DNA of 64,000 nucleotides from contig JBMOPW010000007.1 in assembly GCA_049322915.1 (NCBI GenBank), positions 340,246-404,245 on the forward strand, written 5' to 3'. A program made the translations under genes and the position numbers. Positions 45,523 to 55,782 of the stretch are shown piece by piece. The stretch is from Candidatus Zhuqueibacterota bacterium (GTDB lineage Bacteria > Zhuqueibacterota > Zhuqueibacteria > Thermofontimicrobiales > Thermofontimicrobiaceae). Every line of letters starts with the position of its first letter. Positions within the stretch are counted from its first letter, which is position 1. The notes under the pieces were generated by a model. It was given only the letters and a program-made list of their open reading frames with translations, had not been told where the DNA came from and did not search any database.

Positions 45523-48500
45523 TTGTATCGATTCTTTAACATGAGCCATGTGCCTGCTCTGTGTTTCCTGATCGTTGGAGTCTTTGCACTACCTGTTTCC
45601 GCCAGTGATGTCCAGACGCTCTCATCGTCTCATGAAGAAATCATATTTGAATTCCGGCCGCAAGGGTGGAGCACTGATCAGAAAATCGTGAACGGATCAG
45701 CGTATTTTCATCTCCGGTTTGATAATAGCTCTTGTGATACAAAACCGGGCGAACCACTTCTGCCCGAACGCGTCCTGCTATTTGCCGTACCACCCAATGC
45801 CTCGGTAACCATGGACGTGGTGGCAGCCGAATCCGGCGAGCAACTCAGGGGCAAACCATTGCCAACGCCAGCCTATCCCCGTGACGGTCTGGGAAAATTG
45901 GTCTATTCAGAAAATGAAGAGTTCTATCGCAAAGCAGCCGCGTTTCCCGAAGAACTGGTGAGTGTGTCCCCGGTTGCGTCGCTTCGGTACCAGCACGTTG
46001 TCATCGTTCGAATCTCTCCGGTTCAGTTCTTTCCTGACAAAGGATATATTCAGTTGTACCAGCGCATCGTTGTTCGGCTGCGATTTAATGGCGGGGAGAA
46101 TGTCACAAACTCCTCCCATTCAATCGGGACTGATGCTTTTTATTCCAACCTATTCGTCAATCCCGAACAGGCCCACGCCTGGCGGCTATTGAAACGACCA
46201 GTCCATTCGGTGAAAAAATCAAGTCGTCCCGGAGACTGTTCCCGGTGGATCAAAATTTTTATTCGGGATGAAGGCATGTACAAACTCACCGGCGCGGATC
46301 TGGAGAATGCCGGCATTGTGCTCAGTCAAATTCAACCGGGCGATCTGCAGCTATTCAACAACGGCGGAGTTCAAACGCCTGTCTCGTTGAGGGATGCGCG
46401 CCCTGACAGCTTAATGGAGAATGCAATCTTTGTTTCTGATGGGAATGACGGGCGATTCGACGATAATGATTACGTGTACTTCTATGGCAAATCGGTCAAT
46501 AACTGGAAATGGGACGCATCCCGAAAAAAGTATGTTCACTATCTGCATCGGCATACGAATGAAAATGTGTACTGGCTGACCTGGCAGGGTTCGCAGGCTG
46601 GCAAGAGAATGGTGCAGTTGGATCAGGGGCAATCTCCGGATGCGATCCCTGTGACTGGATTTCTCGATTACATCTATGTCGAACATGAATATAAAAATTT
46701 ATTGAATTCCGGAGTGCATTGGCTGGGCAATTATTTCAGCAATTCCATGCTGCAACGTAACTACCAGTTAAATCTGGAGGGAGCGATTCCTTCTCAGAAG
46801 GCATGGCTGCGCGTCCAGCTTGTGGGGGTTTCCCAGGGGAAGCAATCATTTCAGCTCTACATGAATGAAAATTTTATCGGCAAAGTGCCTGAGTTTTATG
46901 CCAGCAGCGGACAGACCATCAGCATGCGTGCCAAAGAATATAGCGCCGCAGTGAATGCCGGCGTGCTGGACGGATATAACACCCTGACTGTGGAATATAC
47001 TCCTTACACGGAAACCGCCCTGGCCTACATGGACTGGATCGAGCTTTCTTTCTCCCGCAGATTGAAGGCTCAAAATGATGAACTTTATTTTTATAGTCCG
47101 GATTCAATCGGGACCTTTTCATATCACATGGCTGGATTCTCAACGGATGAGGTGGAAGTCTTCGACGTCACCCGATTCAACGACGTTGCGAGAATAACAG
47201 GATTGGCCAGGCAGGATGACCAATTGGCATTTGTCGACACAACGCTCTCGGCAGTACCAAAGCGGTTCATTGCCCTCAGCCGTGAGAAATTCAAATCGCC
47301 GGAAAAAATCGAGCGCGAGATGGGCTCATGGCTGAGGAATCCGGCGAATGGCGCTGATTTCATCATCATCGCCCATGATGATTTTTTTGACGCTGCGTTA
47401 GGGTTGAAGAGCCTGAGGGAGAATTGCGACACTCTGAATACAGAAGTCGTTAAGATTTCGGACATCTATGACGAATTTTCCTGGGGGCTGCCGGATGCAG
47501 TGGCCATTCGGGATTTCATTCACTACGCCTATTTCAATTGGGCCATTCGCCCGGACTATATCCTCCTGTTCGGCGATGGCGATTACGACTATAAAAATAT
47601 CATTTCACCGAACGATCCCAACCGGATTCCGCCTTTTGAGACGGATGACTGGAATGAGGGATCCAGTCGGCCGCGAGACGATTGGTTTGTCTGCGTGGAT
47701 GGCAATGATAATCTGTTGGATTTAGCCATCGGCAGAATTCCGGTACAGAATCCGGATGAAGCGTACAAAGTTGTTGAGAAGATCGTCAACTATGAAACAC
47801 ATCCGGCAGTGGGGGATTGGTGCAACTCGATCACCATGGTCGCTGACGATGAATTCGAAAGCGCCGGCGATTACGACAGCATTGACCATATCCCTGACGC
47901 AGAAGCCATTGCGGAGCACTATATCCCTGAGTCGTATCAGGTGTCGAAAATTTATCTGACTGAGTATCCTGCAGTTCGCGATGCAGCGACATCCGGCATT
48001 CGTAAACCGGCTGCACAACAGGCGCTCATCGAGCAGGTGAATCGGGGAAATTTGATTGTGAATTTTATCGGTCATGGCAATGAACGCGTCTGGGCGCACG
48101 AGAACGTGCTCAATATTTCCGATGACCTTCCCCGCATAGCCAATGGACAGAAGCAGGCTTTTTGGATCGCTGCCACCTGTGATTTCGGGCGTTTCGACAA
48201 CCCGGCGCTGCAATGCTTTGCCGAGCAATTGGTGACCCTCAGCGGTCGCGGAGCCATCGCGGTGTTCAGCGCCAGCCGGCTGGCAAATCCGGACGCCAAT
48301 GTCAATTTGAACAAGTTAGTCTACAACCACCTTTTCAAAGCGCCCTATTCGAGCGTCCGTCTCGGCGATGTCGTGGCTGCGGCGAAAAACGCGAGCGGGA
48401 ATAATGAGAACGACCAATTTTACCACCTGTTGGGCGATCCGACACTTCGGTTGATGAGACCATCGTGCCTGGCTCATCTCACAGAGATTGCACCGGATTC

Positions 48501-49506
48501 GATCAAAGCGCTCTGCACCATGAAAATTTCCGGTGATGTTGCGTTGCTGAATCAGCCTGCCGATGAACTGAATGGCACTATTTTGCTGAAAGCCTTTGAT
48601 TCGGAAAAAGACCGCGTGTATACCATTCAGGGCTCACGGCAATATCATTATAAATTGCCTGGCAGCACTATCTTCAGGGGAGAGGTGTCCGTTGCGCGCA
48701 ACCAGTATAGCTCGCAGTTCATCATTCCCAAGGATATCACCTACGGTGGAACAGAAGGCCGGGTGAGTGTGTTTTATTATGACGAGGCCAGATTCGGCGC
48801 CGGGTATCGCGATGGACTCCCGGTCGGCGGTACGGAAATGAATTTCACCGATACCGAGGGGCCGCACATTCAGATTCAGGTCGAAGGCCAAAATTTCATG
48901 GACGGCGGATTCATGGAGCCGAATGCCATGCTGAAAATTATTGTGGCCGATGAAAAAAGCGGCGTGAACATCGTCGGCGATATCGGCCACAAAATCACCC
49001 TTACTTTCGACAATGATGAGCATACCAGGATTGATGTGACCGAATATTTTCAGTACGATGTGAATAGCTATCTTTCGGGAACCATCCGCTATTCCCTGGT
49101 AAGTATGGACCAGGGTAAGCATCTCATGTGCATTAAGGCATGGGACAATTTCAATAACTCCGCCACCTGCGAGGCTGAGTTCACTGTCGTGGCTACGGAT
49201 GAACTGGTGCTGCGCGATGTATTGAATTATCCCAATCCATTTTCGACGCACACTGTATTTACGTTCTGGGTCAATCAGCCGTGCCAAGCGCAGATAAAAA
49301 TTTTCACCATCGCCGGTCGTCTGGTGCGGGCGCTGGAAAATGTATTTGCCGAAACCGGTTTCAATCAAATTAGCTGGGATGGCCGCGACGCGGATGGCGA
49401 TTTATTGGCCAATGGCATTTATCTTTATAAATTAGAAACAACGCATCAGCAGGGAAGCCAGTCCCTTTCAGCGACGAAAATTGATCGGTGCGTGGTTCTG
49501 CGCTGA
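45523..49506 (+). CDS. porU: Type IX secretion sortase PorU-like C25 peptidase (paralogue 1)
   Basis: Signal peptide, C25 propeptide-like N-terminus, LLFGDGDYDYKN, AIGRIPV, catalytic NFIGHG and ATCDFG, LLGDP, AWDNFNNS, CTD VLNYPNPF...WDGRD...ANGIYLY. Confidence 0.88.
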   Translation: MYRFFNMSHVPALCFLIVGVFALPVSASDVQTLSSSHEEIIFEFRPQGWSTDQKIVNGSAYFHLRFDNSSCDTKPGEPLLPERVLLFAVPPNASVTMDVVAAESGEQLRGKPLPTPAYPRDGLGKLVYSENEEFYRKAAAFPEELVSVSPVASLRYQHVVIVRISPVQFFPDKGYIQLYQRIVVRLRFNGGENVTNSSHSIGTDAFYSNLFVNPEQAHAWRLLKRPVHSVKKSSRPGDCSRWIKIFIRDEGMYKLTGADLENAGIVLSQIQPGDLQLFNNGGVQTPVSLRDARPDSLMENAIFVSDGNDGRFDDNDYVYFYGKSVNNWKWDASRKKYVHYLHRHTNENVYWLTWQGSQAGKRMVQLDQGQSPDAIPVTGFLDYIYVEHEYKNLLNSGVHWLGNYFSNSMLQRNYQLNLEGAIPSQKAWLRVQLVGVSQGKQSFQLYMNENFIGKVPEFYASSGQTISMRAKEYSAAVNAGVLDGYNTLTVEYTPYTETALAYMDWIELSFSRRLKAQNDELYFYSPDSIGTFSYHMAGFSTDEVEVFDVTRFNDVARITGLARQDDQLAFVDTTLSAVPKRFIALSREKFKSPEKIEREMGSWLRNPANGADFIIIAHDDFFDAALGLKSLRENCDTLNTEVVKISDIYDEFSWGLPDAVAIRDFIHYAYFNWAIRPDYILLFGDGDYDYKNIISPNDPNRIPPFETDDWNEGSSRPRDDWFVCVDGNDNLLDLAIGRIPVQNPDEAYKVVEKIVNYETHPAVGDWCNSITMVADDEFESAGDYDSIDHIPDAEAIAEHYIPESYQVSKIYLTEYPAVRDAATSGIRKPAAQQALIEQVNRGNLIVNFIGHGNERVWAHENVLNISDDLPRIANGQKQAFWIAATCDFGRFDNPALQCFAEQLVTLSGRGAIAVFSASRLANPDANVNLNKLVYNHLFKAPYSSVRLGDVVAAAKNASGNNENDQFYHLLGDPTLRLMRPSCLAHLTEIAPDSIKALCTMKISGDVALLNQPADELNGTILLKAFDSEKDRVYTIQGSRQYHYKLPGSTIFRGEVSVARNQYSSQFIIPKDITYGGTEGRVSVFYYDEARFGAGYRDGLPVGGTEMNFTDTEGPHIQIQVEGQNFMDGGFMEPNAMLKIIVADEKSGVNIVGDIGHKITLTFDNDEHTRIDVTEYFQYDVNSYLSGTIRYSLVSMDQGKHLMCIKAWDNFNNSATCEAEFTVVATDELVLRDVLNYPNPFSTHTVFTFWVNQPCQAQIKIFTIAGRLVRALENVFAETGFNQISWDGRDADGDLLANGIYLYKLETTHQQGSQSLSATKIDRCVVLR

Positions 49507-49761
49507 AGCGGAATTGATTTCGTTCCATAAAAATTAATTCATCTTACGAATCATAAGACTCGGAAACGAATACTCGAAGCATGTTTGGGTTTAAGCTTTT
49601 CGCCGCAGGAAGCAGTCGAGAAATTTGAAGAGATAAAGGAATTCGTGCGTTGCGATGCGTGGAGGCCGCTGCCCCGGACTGAAAGACATCGCTCACGAAA
49701 GTCTGGCTACAAGCCCCGGTATTTTCTGAGTATACCATACAGTTATTATGGAGTTGAATGA

Positions 49762-52700
49762 ATGAAAATTAACTCGTCAATCAGGTGGTTTTTCATTGTC
49801 AGCCTTCTGGTATCATTGCAGGTAGGAAACCTTGCGGCAGCGCTGGCGCACGATGGATTGGAAGTCATTTCTTCGGATGACCAGGGAGTAACGCTGCGAT
49901 ACACCCCGCGCGTGGAGCGGATTGATACCGTTCGTGTGAACAATGAAACCTATTTAAAAATATATGTCGCTCAGGCGTCGCTGTTCGGCGATGCCGGTCA
50001 ACCCATGGTCTCCAAACGGCTGATCAAAGTCGGCGTGCCGTTGCAATCGGAACCCACGGCGCAGACGCTGCAAGCGGAATTTGAGACGATTTCGGGCCGG
50101 TTGCTGCCCGCGCCAACGATTGAAAAAAATGGTGTTTTTCTACATGAGCCGGATCGCGATGCCTATAGCGCAGCGACCGATTTTCCCCTGGATGTTATCG
50201 AATTGATGCCGCCCGGATTCATTCGGGACCAGCGCGTGGCGGAGATTCAGGTTCACCCCATTCAGGCGGTGGGCGCGAAGAACCAGATTAAAATTTATAA
50301 AAGCATCGTTATCCGTATGGATTTCAATGGCAGCGGGGGACAGTCTGGCGTCTCGAAGCAGTCATTGCCGGACGAAGAATTCTTTCGCGGGGTGGTTGTC
50401 AATTTCGACCAATCGGAAAAATGGCAGAAGCCGCGCCCCCAAAAATCAGTGCGGAAGGCGTCAGGGTTACAGATGGGCGAAGCGTTGAAAATTACCATCC
50501 GTGAAGAAGGCCTGTACAAGATAACCGGCAAAGACCTGCAATCGGCTGGCGTGGATATCAGCGCGATCAACTCCGGCTCGTTGCGCCTTTTCAATAACGG
50601 CGGTAGGGAACTCTCCCAAAGCATTACCGCGCAGCGCCCCGATTCGCTCACGGAGATGGCTATCCGCGTATTCGACGGCGGCGATGGTGCATTCAATACA
50701 TCGGATTATCTCGTGTTTTACGGTCAATCCGTGAACGGCTGGGAGCCATTGAGCGAAACGAGTCCCTACTATAAGCATTACATTCATCATTACACTGAAG
50801 ACAATATCTATTTTTTAACCTGGGACGGAACACGTGCCGGCAGGCGAATGGCGAGCCGCATCTCGCAATCAGATCCGATGTTGACGCCAACGACGTATAC
50901 GTTGGGCATTTACTACAAAGAAGATGAAATCAACAATTATCTCGATTCCGGCACCTATTGGTTTGGCCGGCTGATGGCTGGCAACAGCGATGAGCAGGGT
51001 TACAGCGCCTACCTGCCCCATGCGCGAACCAGTCAGAATTCCATGTTTTTTCGATTTCAGTTTCACACCCTCACCTATAACATCCATCAATTCAATGTGC
51101 TGCTCAATGACCAACTGGTGGACATCATCACCGTCAACGGCACCAGGCTCTATACCGAAACGGTTTCTAAAATTCTGTCCCTTTCGGCGTCAGGCTACAA
51201 CAGTCTGAAAATTCAATATCACGGCGACACATCGGAAAGTCAGGCGTATATCGACTGGTTCGAAATTCAGTATCAGACCGGGTTCGTGGCCGAAGACAAT
51301 GCCCTGTTGTTTCATCAGGTCGATGATGGCGCATCAAAATACCGAATCACCAATTTCACCAGCAACCTGATTGAAGTGTACGACGTGACCGATGCCGGCG
51401 ATGTTCAGTACATTTCCAATCCCGAAATCGCTTCCGGGACAGTGACGTTTGTGGATGATGCCGTCGGATTCCCGCGACGCCGGTTTTGGGCGACAACGAC
51501 CAGCGCCTATGCCACTCCTGAAAGTTTTGAGCGCATTCAATTCGCCAATTTGCGGGCGCAACTGGCCGGCGCTGAATTCATCATCATCGCCCACGATGAT
51601 TTCTACGACGCAGCAATGATGCTGAAATCGCATCGGGAAAACACGGACAGCATTTCCACCTCGGTTGTCCGCATCGCCGATATTTATAATGAATTCTCCG
51701 GAGGGCTGCTGGACCCTGTAGCCATTCGGGATTTCATCAAATTTGCATTTGACAATTGGGTCATTGCACCGAAATATGTCTTGCTGTTTGGAGACGGCGA
51801 TTTTGATTATAAAAATATCAAAAGCGATCTCGATAAAAACTGGATCCCGCCGTTCGAGACATCGGAGTTGAACGAGAATTCCAGCCGAGCCATGGATGAA
51901 TGGTTCATTTTAGTGAGCGGCGATGATGCGGATGGCGATCTGGCCATTGGCCGATTCCCGGTGCAAACCGCTGATGAGGCGCGGTTCGTGGTGGAAAAAA
52001 TTATTCAGTATGAAACCGAATCTGTGCTGAAGACGGAAGGTGACGTGCTGCTCGAAGATTGGCGGAATGTCATCACAATGGTCGGGGACGACGAATACCA
52101 CGATCCCGGCAGCCAGAACGAGACCATGCATACTCGCGATGCTGAATACATCATGGAAAATGCCATTCCGAACTATTTTAATAAAGTAAAAATTTACCTG
52201 ATCGAATACCCCGCCATTCAGAATCCGGCTATTTCAGGCTACATGAAACCCGCAGCGACAGACGCGTTGCTGAAGCGGATCAATGATGGCACGCTCATTT
52301 TAAATTTTGTCGGCCACGGCGCGCCGTCGATTTGGGCGGATGAGCGCGTGCTGCTCGAGAGTCGCGATCTGGATAAAATTTTGAATTACGACAAAGCCCC
52401 GTTCTGGGTGGCTGCGACATGCGATTTTGGCCGGTTCGATGATCCCATGGAGCAGGGCATGGCTGAAAAACTCTTCGTCGCTCAGCGGCGTGGAGGAATT
52501 GCATTCCTGACTTCCTCGCGCCTGGCGTACGCTACAGATAACACGGCCTTGAATCGACAATTTTTCAATCAGCTTTTTAACGGTGAAACCCCCTCCGCGC
52601 GGCTGGGTGTTGCGCTGATACAGGCCAAGATAAATAACTACAGCACCACCAACGACCAGAAGTATAATCTCTATGGCGATCCCACCATGCGATTGAAAGG

Positions 52701-53796
52701 ACCAGCCAATCGGGCGCGAATTGCTACTGTTCGACCGGACTCGCTCAAGGCTCTGAGTGAAATTAATATTTCCGGGGAAGTGATTCAGAATTCAGGCCTC
52801 ACCAGTCCATTCAATGGCAAGGCCGTCCTGAAGGTTTTCGATTCAAAAAAGAATATGATCTACACAACAAAGTACGGCTCGCAGATTCGCTACGCGGCGC
52901 CGGGGCGAATTTTGTTCCGAGGATTGATTCCGATTCAACAGGGCGATTTTGATGCAACGTGCATCATTCCCAAAGATATTACCTACGGCGGAGAGATGGG
53001 CAGAATCAGCCTATATTTTGCCGATGAAAATAATGAAGGCGTCACATCGAAAGATTCGCTCTACGTGGGCGGAACGTCGATTCTGCAGGATGGGGAAGGG
53101 CCCATTATCAAGATTGGTTTTGTGGGACAGAATTTTGCAGATGGCAATTTGATTTCATCCGATGCGGTCTTGCAGGTGGACATTGCCGATAGCATCAGCG
53201 GGGTGAATATTGCCGGCGACATTGGACACGATATCACCCTGACAATCGATGACCAGGAAACCGATAAAATTGTTCTGACAGATTTATTCAATTATTACGA
53301 GGGAAATTTTAAGGCTGGGAAAATCCTGTACGATTTTTCCACGTATAATTCGACCGCGGCGGAAGGGACCAGTTCGGAAGAGTCAGCCAGCGGTTTAACG
53401 CCGGGGGATCATCGAATTACTATCAAGGCCTGGGATAATTTCAATAACTCCGCCATCGCCACGTGCTTTGTCTCGGTTGTCTTCAGCGACGAATTGAAGC
53501 TGAAAAATGTGCTCAACTTTCCCAATCCGTTTCGCTCTTCCACCACATTCACCTTCGTGGTGAATTTACCCTGCCGGGCGAAAATCAAGATTTTCACCAT
53601 TGACGGACAGCTGATCCAAACAGTGGAACATTTGACCGGCGCGGCTGGACTGAACCAGGTTTACTGGGATGGCAGAGATCGGGATAACGACGTGCTGGCC
53701 AATGGCGTTTATCTTTATCAGGTGACTGTTACAACGACCGAGGCTGGCAAATCGATGCAGGATGAATTCATCGGAAAGCTTGTCATCATGAGATAA
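49762..53796 (+). CDS. porU: Type IX secretion sortase PorU-like C25 peptidase (paralogue 2)
   Basis: Same architecture; NFVGHG and ATCDFG catalytic motifs; CTD VLNFPNPF...WDGRD...IGKLVIMR. Confidence 0.88.
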   Translation: MKINSSIRWFFIVSLLVSLQVGNLAAALAHDGLEVISSDDQGVTLRYTPRVERIDTVRVNNETYLKIYVAQASLFGDAGQPMVSKRLIKVGVPLQSEPTAQTLQAEFETISGRLLPAPTIEKNGVFLHEPDRDAYSAATDFPLDVIELMPPGFIRDQRVAEIQVHPIQAVGAKNQIKIYKSIVIRMDFNGSGGQSGVSKQSLPDEEFFRGVVVNFDQSEKWQKPRPQKSVRKASGLQMGEALKITIREEGLYKITGKDLQSAGVDISAINSGSLRLFNNGGRELSQSITAQRPDSLTEMAIRVFDGGDGAFNTSDYLVFYGQSVNGWEPLSETSPYYKHYIHHYTEDNIYFLTWDGTRAGRRMASRISQSDPMLTPTTYTLGIYYKEDEINNYLDSGTYWFGRLMAGNSDEQGYSAYLPHARTSQNSMFFRFQFHTLTYNIHQFNVLLNDQLVDIITVNGTRLYTETVSKILSLSASGYNSLKIQYHGDTSESQAYIDWFEIQYQTGFVAEDNALLFHQVDDGASKYRITNFTSNLIEVYDVTDAGDVQYISNPEIASGTVTFVDDAVGFPRRRFWATTTSAYATPESFERIQFANLRAQLAGAEFIIIAHDDFYDAAMMLKSHRENTDSISTSVVRIADIYNEFSGGLLDPVAIRDFIKFAFDNWVIAPKYVLLFGDGDFDYKNIKSDLDKNWIPPFETSELNENSSRAMDEWFILVSGDDADGDLAIGRFPVQTADEARFVVEKIIQYETESVLKTEGDVLLEDWRNVITMVGDDEYHDPGSQNETMHTRDAEYIMENAIPNYFNKVKIYLIEYPAIQNPAISGYMKPAATDALLKRINDGTLILNFVGHGAPSIWADERVLLESRDLDKILNYDKAPFWVAATCDFGRFDDPMEQGMAEKLFVAQRRGGIAFLTSSRLAYATDNTALNRQFFNQLFNGETPSARLGVALIQAKINNYSTTNDQKYNLYGDPTMRLKGPANRARIATVRPDSLKALSEINISGEVIQNSGLTSPFNGKAVLKVFDSKKNMIYTTKYGSQIRYAAPGRILFRGLIPIQQGDFDATCIIPKDITYGGEMGRISLYFADENNEGVTSKDSLYVGGTSILQDGEGPIIKIGFVGQNFADGNLISSDAVLQVDIADSISGVNIAGDIGHDITLTIDDQETDKIVLTDLFNYYEGNFKAGKILYDFSTYNSTAAEGTSSEESASGLTPGDHRITIKAWDNFNNSAIATCFVSVVFSDELKLKNVLNFPNPFRSSTTFTFVVNLPCRAKIKIFTIDGQLIQTVEHLTGAAGLNQVYWDGRDRDNDVLANGVYLYQVTVTTTEAGKSMQDEFIGKLVIMR

Positions 53797-53827
53797 TAAA
53801 AAAGGGTTCTCCGGGCGGAGAACCCTA
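53797..53827 (-). terminator. Intrinsic terminator with its U-tract on the minus strand (may also end the porU2 transcript)
   Basis: AGGGTTCTCC-gggc-GGAGAACCCT with A6 immediately left on the plus strand. Confidence 0.8.
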
Positions 53828-53952
53828 AATCATATTGCGGAACAGCTAATTCGGGTCAAATGCGCTGTTTAGGTTGGATTTTTTTAAGCTCGGCACCTCC
53901 TGTAATTAATGGTATTACATTTAAATGCCAAAGGATCCACAACGAGATGACA
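53797..53952 (-). ncRNA. Candidate sigma54-dependent small RNA (~155 nt)
   Basis: Bounded by a consensus -24/-12 promoter and an intrinsic terminator; two internal stem-loops; no ORF with a properly spaced start. Confidence 0.6.
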
Positions 53953-53963
53953 CAGAGGCAACC

Positions 53964-53979
53964 GCAAAATACATGCCAG
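53964..53979 (-). promoter_or_regulatory. sigma54 promoter of the candidate sRNA
   Basis: Minus strand CTGGCATG-TATT-TTGC (GG-N10-GC). Confidence 0.7.
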
Positions 53980-54134
53980 TGCCTGATAAAAAATGAGCGA
54001 GTGGTGACAAAGCCATAATCTTCAAGTTTTCAGAAACATGGGAATGATAATTCACCGGGAAAAATTGTCGCATCGTCAGAGAATTTTCCTTTAAATTGTT
54101 TCAACGCAGAACATTGTCTTATCGTGATACATCT

Positions 54135-55568
54135 ATGAACGATCAACCGAATCAAATCAGACGAAACGATATTATTGAATTGGACATCGAGTCCCTGGCA
54201 TTCAAGGGCAAAGGAGTAGCGCATCTGGATGGATTTACTATATTTGTTGAGAGAGGAATACCGCGCCAAAAAGTGAAAGCCCGGGTGGTCAAGAAAAAAT
54301 CCAATTATGCCGAGGCCTACGCTTTTGAGGTGGTCAATCATTCGCCGCTGGAAGTTGCACCGCGATGCCGTTATTTCGGGTCCTGCGGCGGCTGTCTGTT
54401 GCAGAATCTGAATTATGGCGAGCAATTGATTCAGAAGCGGCAGCAGGTGAAAGAACTGCTGGAGCACATCGGCGGATTCCAAAATGTGGAGATTCTGCCC
54501 ACGATGCCCTCGCCGGATACCTATTTCTACCGCAACAAAATGGAGTTTACCTTTTCCAATTTCCGCTGGCTGCTCCCGGATGAAATAGACGCAGGGCTGA
54601 TGGTTGACCGGGATTTTGCGCTTGGCTTGCACGTTCCAAACTCATTCACCAAAGTGATCGATATCAAAGAATGCTTTCTGCTTTCCGAAAGGAGCAATAT
54701 TGTTTTCGAGGCGATTCGGAAATTTGCTGCGGCGAGTTCTTTCGCGCCGTACACCACCAAAGACCATTCCGGTTTCTGGCGCTTTGTGGTGATCCGCGAA
54801 TCCAAAACGTTGGGACAGATGATGGTGAATCTTGTGACCGCGCAGGACGCCAAAGGTGAGGGAAAGGTGCAGGAACTGAGCCGCTTGCTGATCGAGCAGT
54901 TTCCTTTTATCACTACATGCGTTCATAATGTCAGCCGAAAGAAAGCCCAGATTGCGTTTGGCGACCATGAAAATACCCTCTTCGGTCCGGGCTACATCGA
55001 AGAAGTGTTAGCGCAGACGCGATATCGCATTTCAGCCAACTCGTTTTTTCAGACCAACACCTTGCAAGCGGAGGCCATGTACCGGCTCATTCGGGAGTGG
55101 GGCGCTTTCGAAAAAAATGATATTGTATACGATTTATATTCCGGCGCCGGGGGAATTGCCCTTTTCATTGCGCCGCTTGTCGGGCGTGTGGTCGGATTCG
55201 AACTGGTGCAGCAAGCCATCGCAGACGCCGAAGTCAATTGCCGGCTCAATGCTATAGACAACTGCAATTTTGTTGAAGGCGATCTCAAAGATCAAATCGC
55301 CAATCCGCCTGAAATCATAGAAAAATGTGGTCAGCCGTCGATTGTGATTATCGATCCGCCTCGATCCGGCTTGCATCCAAAACTGCCGGAGCGGATTCTT
55401 CAGCTTCGGCCGGAGCGCATTCTGTACGTCTCCTGCGACCCTTCCACACTGGCGCGGGATTTGAAACTGCTCTGCGCATCAGACTTCTCACCTGTGAAGG
55501 TGCAGCCAGTAGACATGTTCCCCAATACGGCTCACTGCGAGACTGTCGTACTGCTTGAAAAGAAGTGA
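54135..55568 (+). CDS. rlmD: 23S rRNA (uracil-C5)-methyltransferase RlmD/TrmA family
   Basis: TRAM domain, CRYFGSCGGC, YRNKMEF, SFFQTN, DLYSGAGGI, IDPPRSG, YVSCDPSTLARD, VDMFPNTAHCE. Confidence 0.93.
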   Translation: MNDQPNQIRRNDIIELDIESLAFKGKGVAHLDGFTIFVERGIPRQKVKARVVKKKSNYAEAYAFEVVNHSPLEVAPRCRYFGSCGGCLLQNLNYGEQLIQKRQQVKELLEHIGGFQNVEILPTMPSPDTYFYRNKMEFTFSNFRWLLPDEIDAGLMVDRDFALGLHVPNSFTKVIDIKECFLLSERSNIVFEAIRKFAAASSFAPYTTKDHSGFWRFVVIRESKTLGQMMVNLVTAQDAKGEGKVQELSRLLIEQFPFITTCVHNVSRKKAQIAFGDHENTLFGPGYIEEVLAQTRYRISANSFFQTNTLQAEAMYRLIREWGAFEKNDIVYDLYSGAGGIALFIAPLVGRVVGFELVQQAIADAEVNCRLNAIDNCNFVEGDLKDQIANPPEIIEKCGQPSIVIIDPPRSGLHPKLPERILQLRPERILYVSCDPSTLARDLKLLCASDFSPVKVQPVDMFPNTAHCETVVLLEKK

Positions 55569-55666
55569 TCCGGGTACGACCCTGAATTTTCCGAAGCGCT
55601 CTATGAGGAGTTTGATTTTCGGACAGAAGCAGCGGCGGCGATTTCCCTTTTGCGATTTCAAACACG

Positions 55667-55700
55667 AAAAGAAAAACCCCGATCACTCGGGGTTTGGTTT
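55667..55700. terminator. Probable bidirectional terminator between rlmD and lon
   Basis: AAACCCCGA-tcac-TCGGGGTTT flanked by A-rich and T-rich tracts. Confidence 0.65.
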
Positions 55701-55782
55701 CCAACCGTTCAATATCTGGTCAGCATTCTTGCAGCATTGGTGCGTAAAATCAATCCGTTCAGTGCTGCGCACAATCTCTGAT

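Noticed and set aside
53846..53896. Small peptide ORF inside the candidate sRNA (GTG CCG AGC ... TAG)
   Set aside because: The GTG overlaps the AGGAGG itself, so there is no usable SD spacing.
2781..54632. Long antisense or shadow ORFs in the track (e.g. 2781-3554, 17423-18130, 48634-49368, 54030-54632)
   Set aside because: They lie opposite confidently identified genes and show no family motifs.
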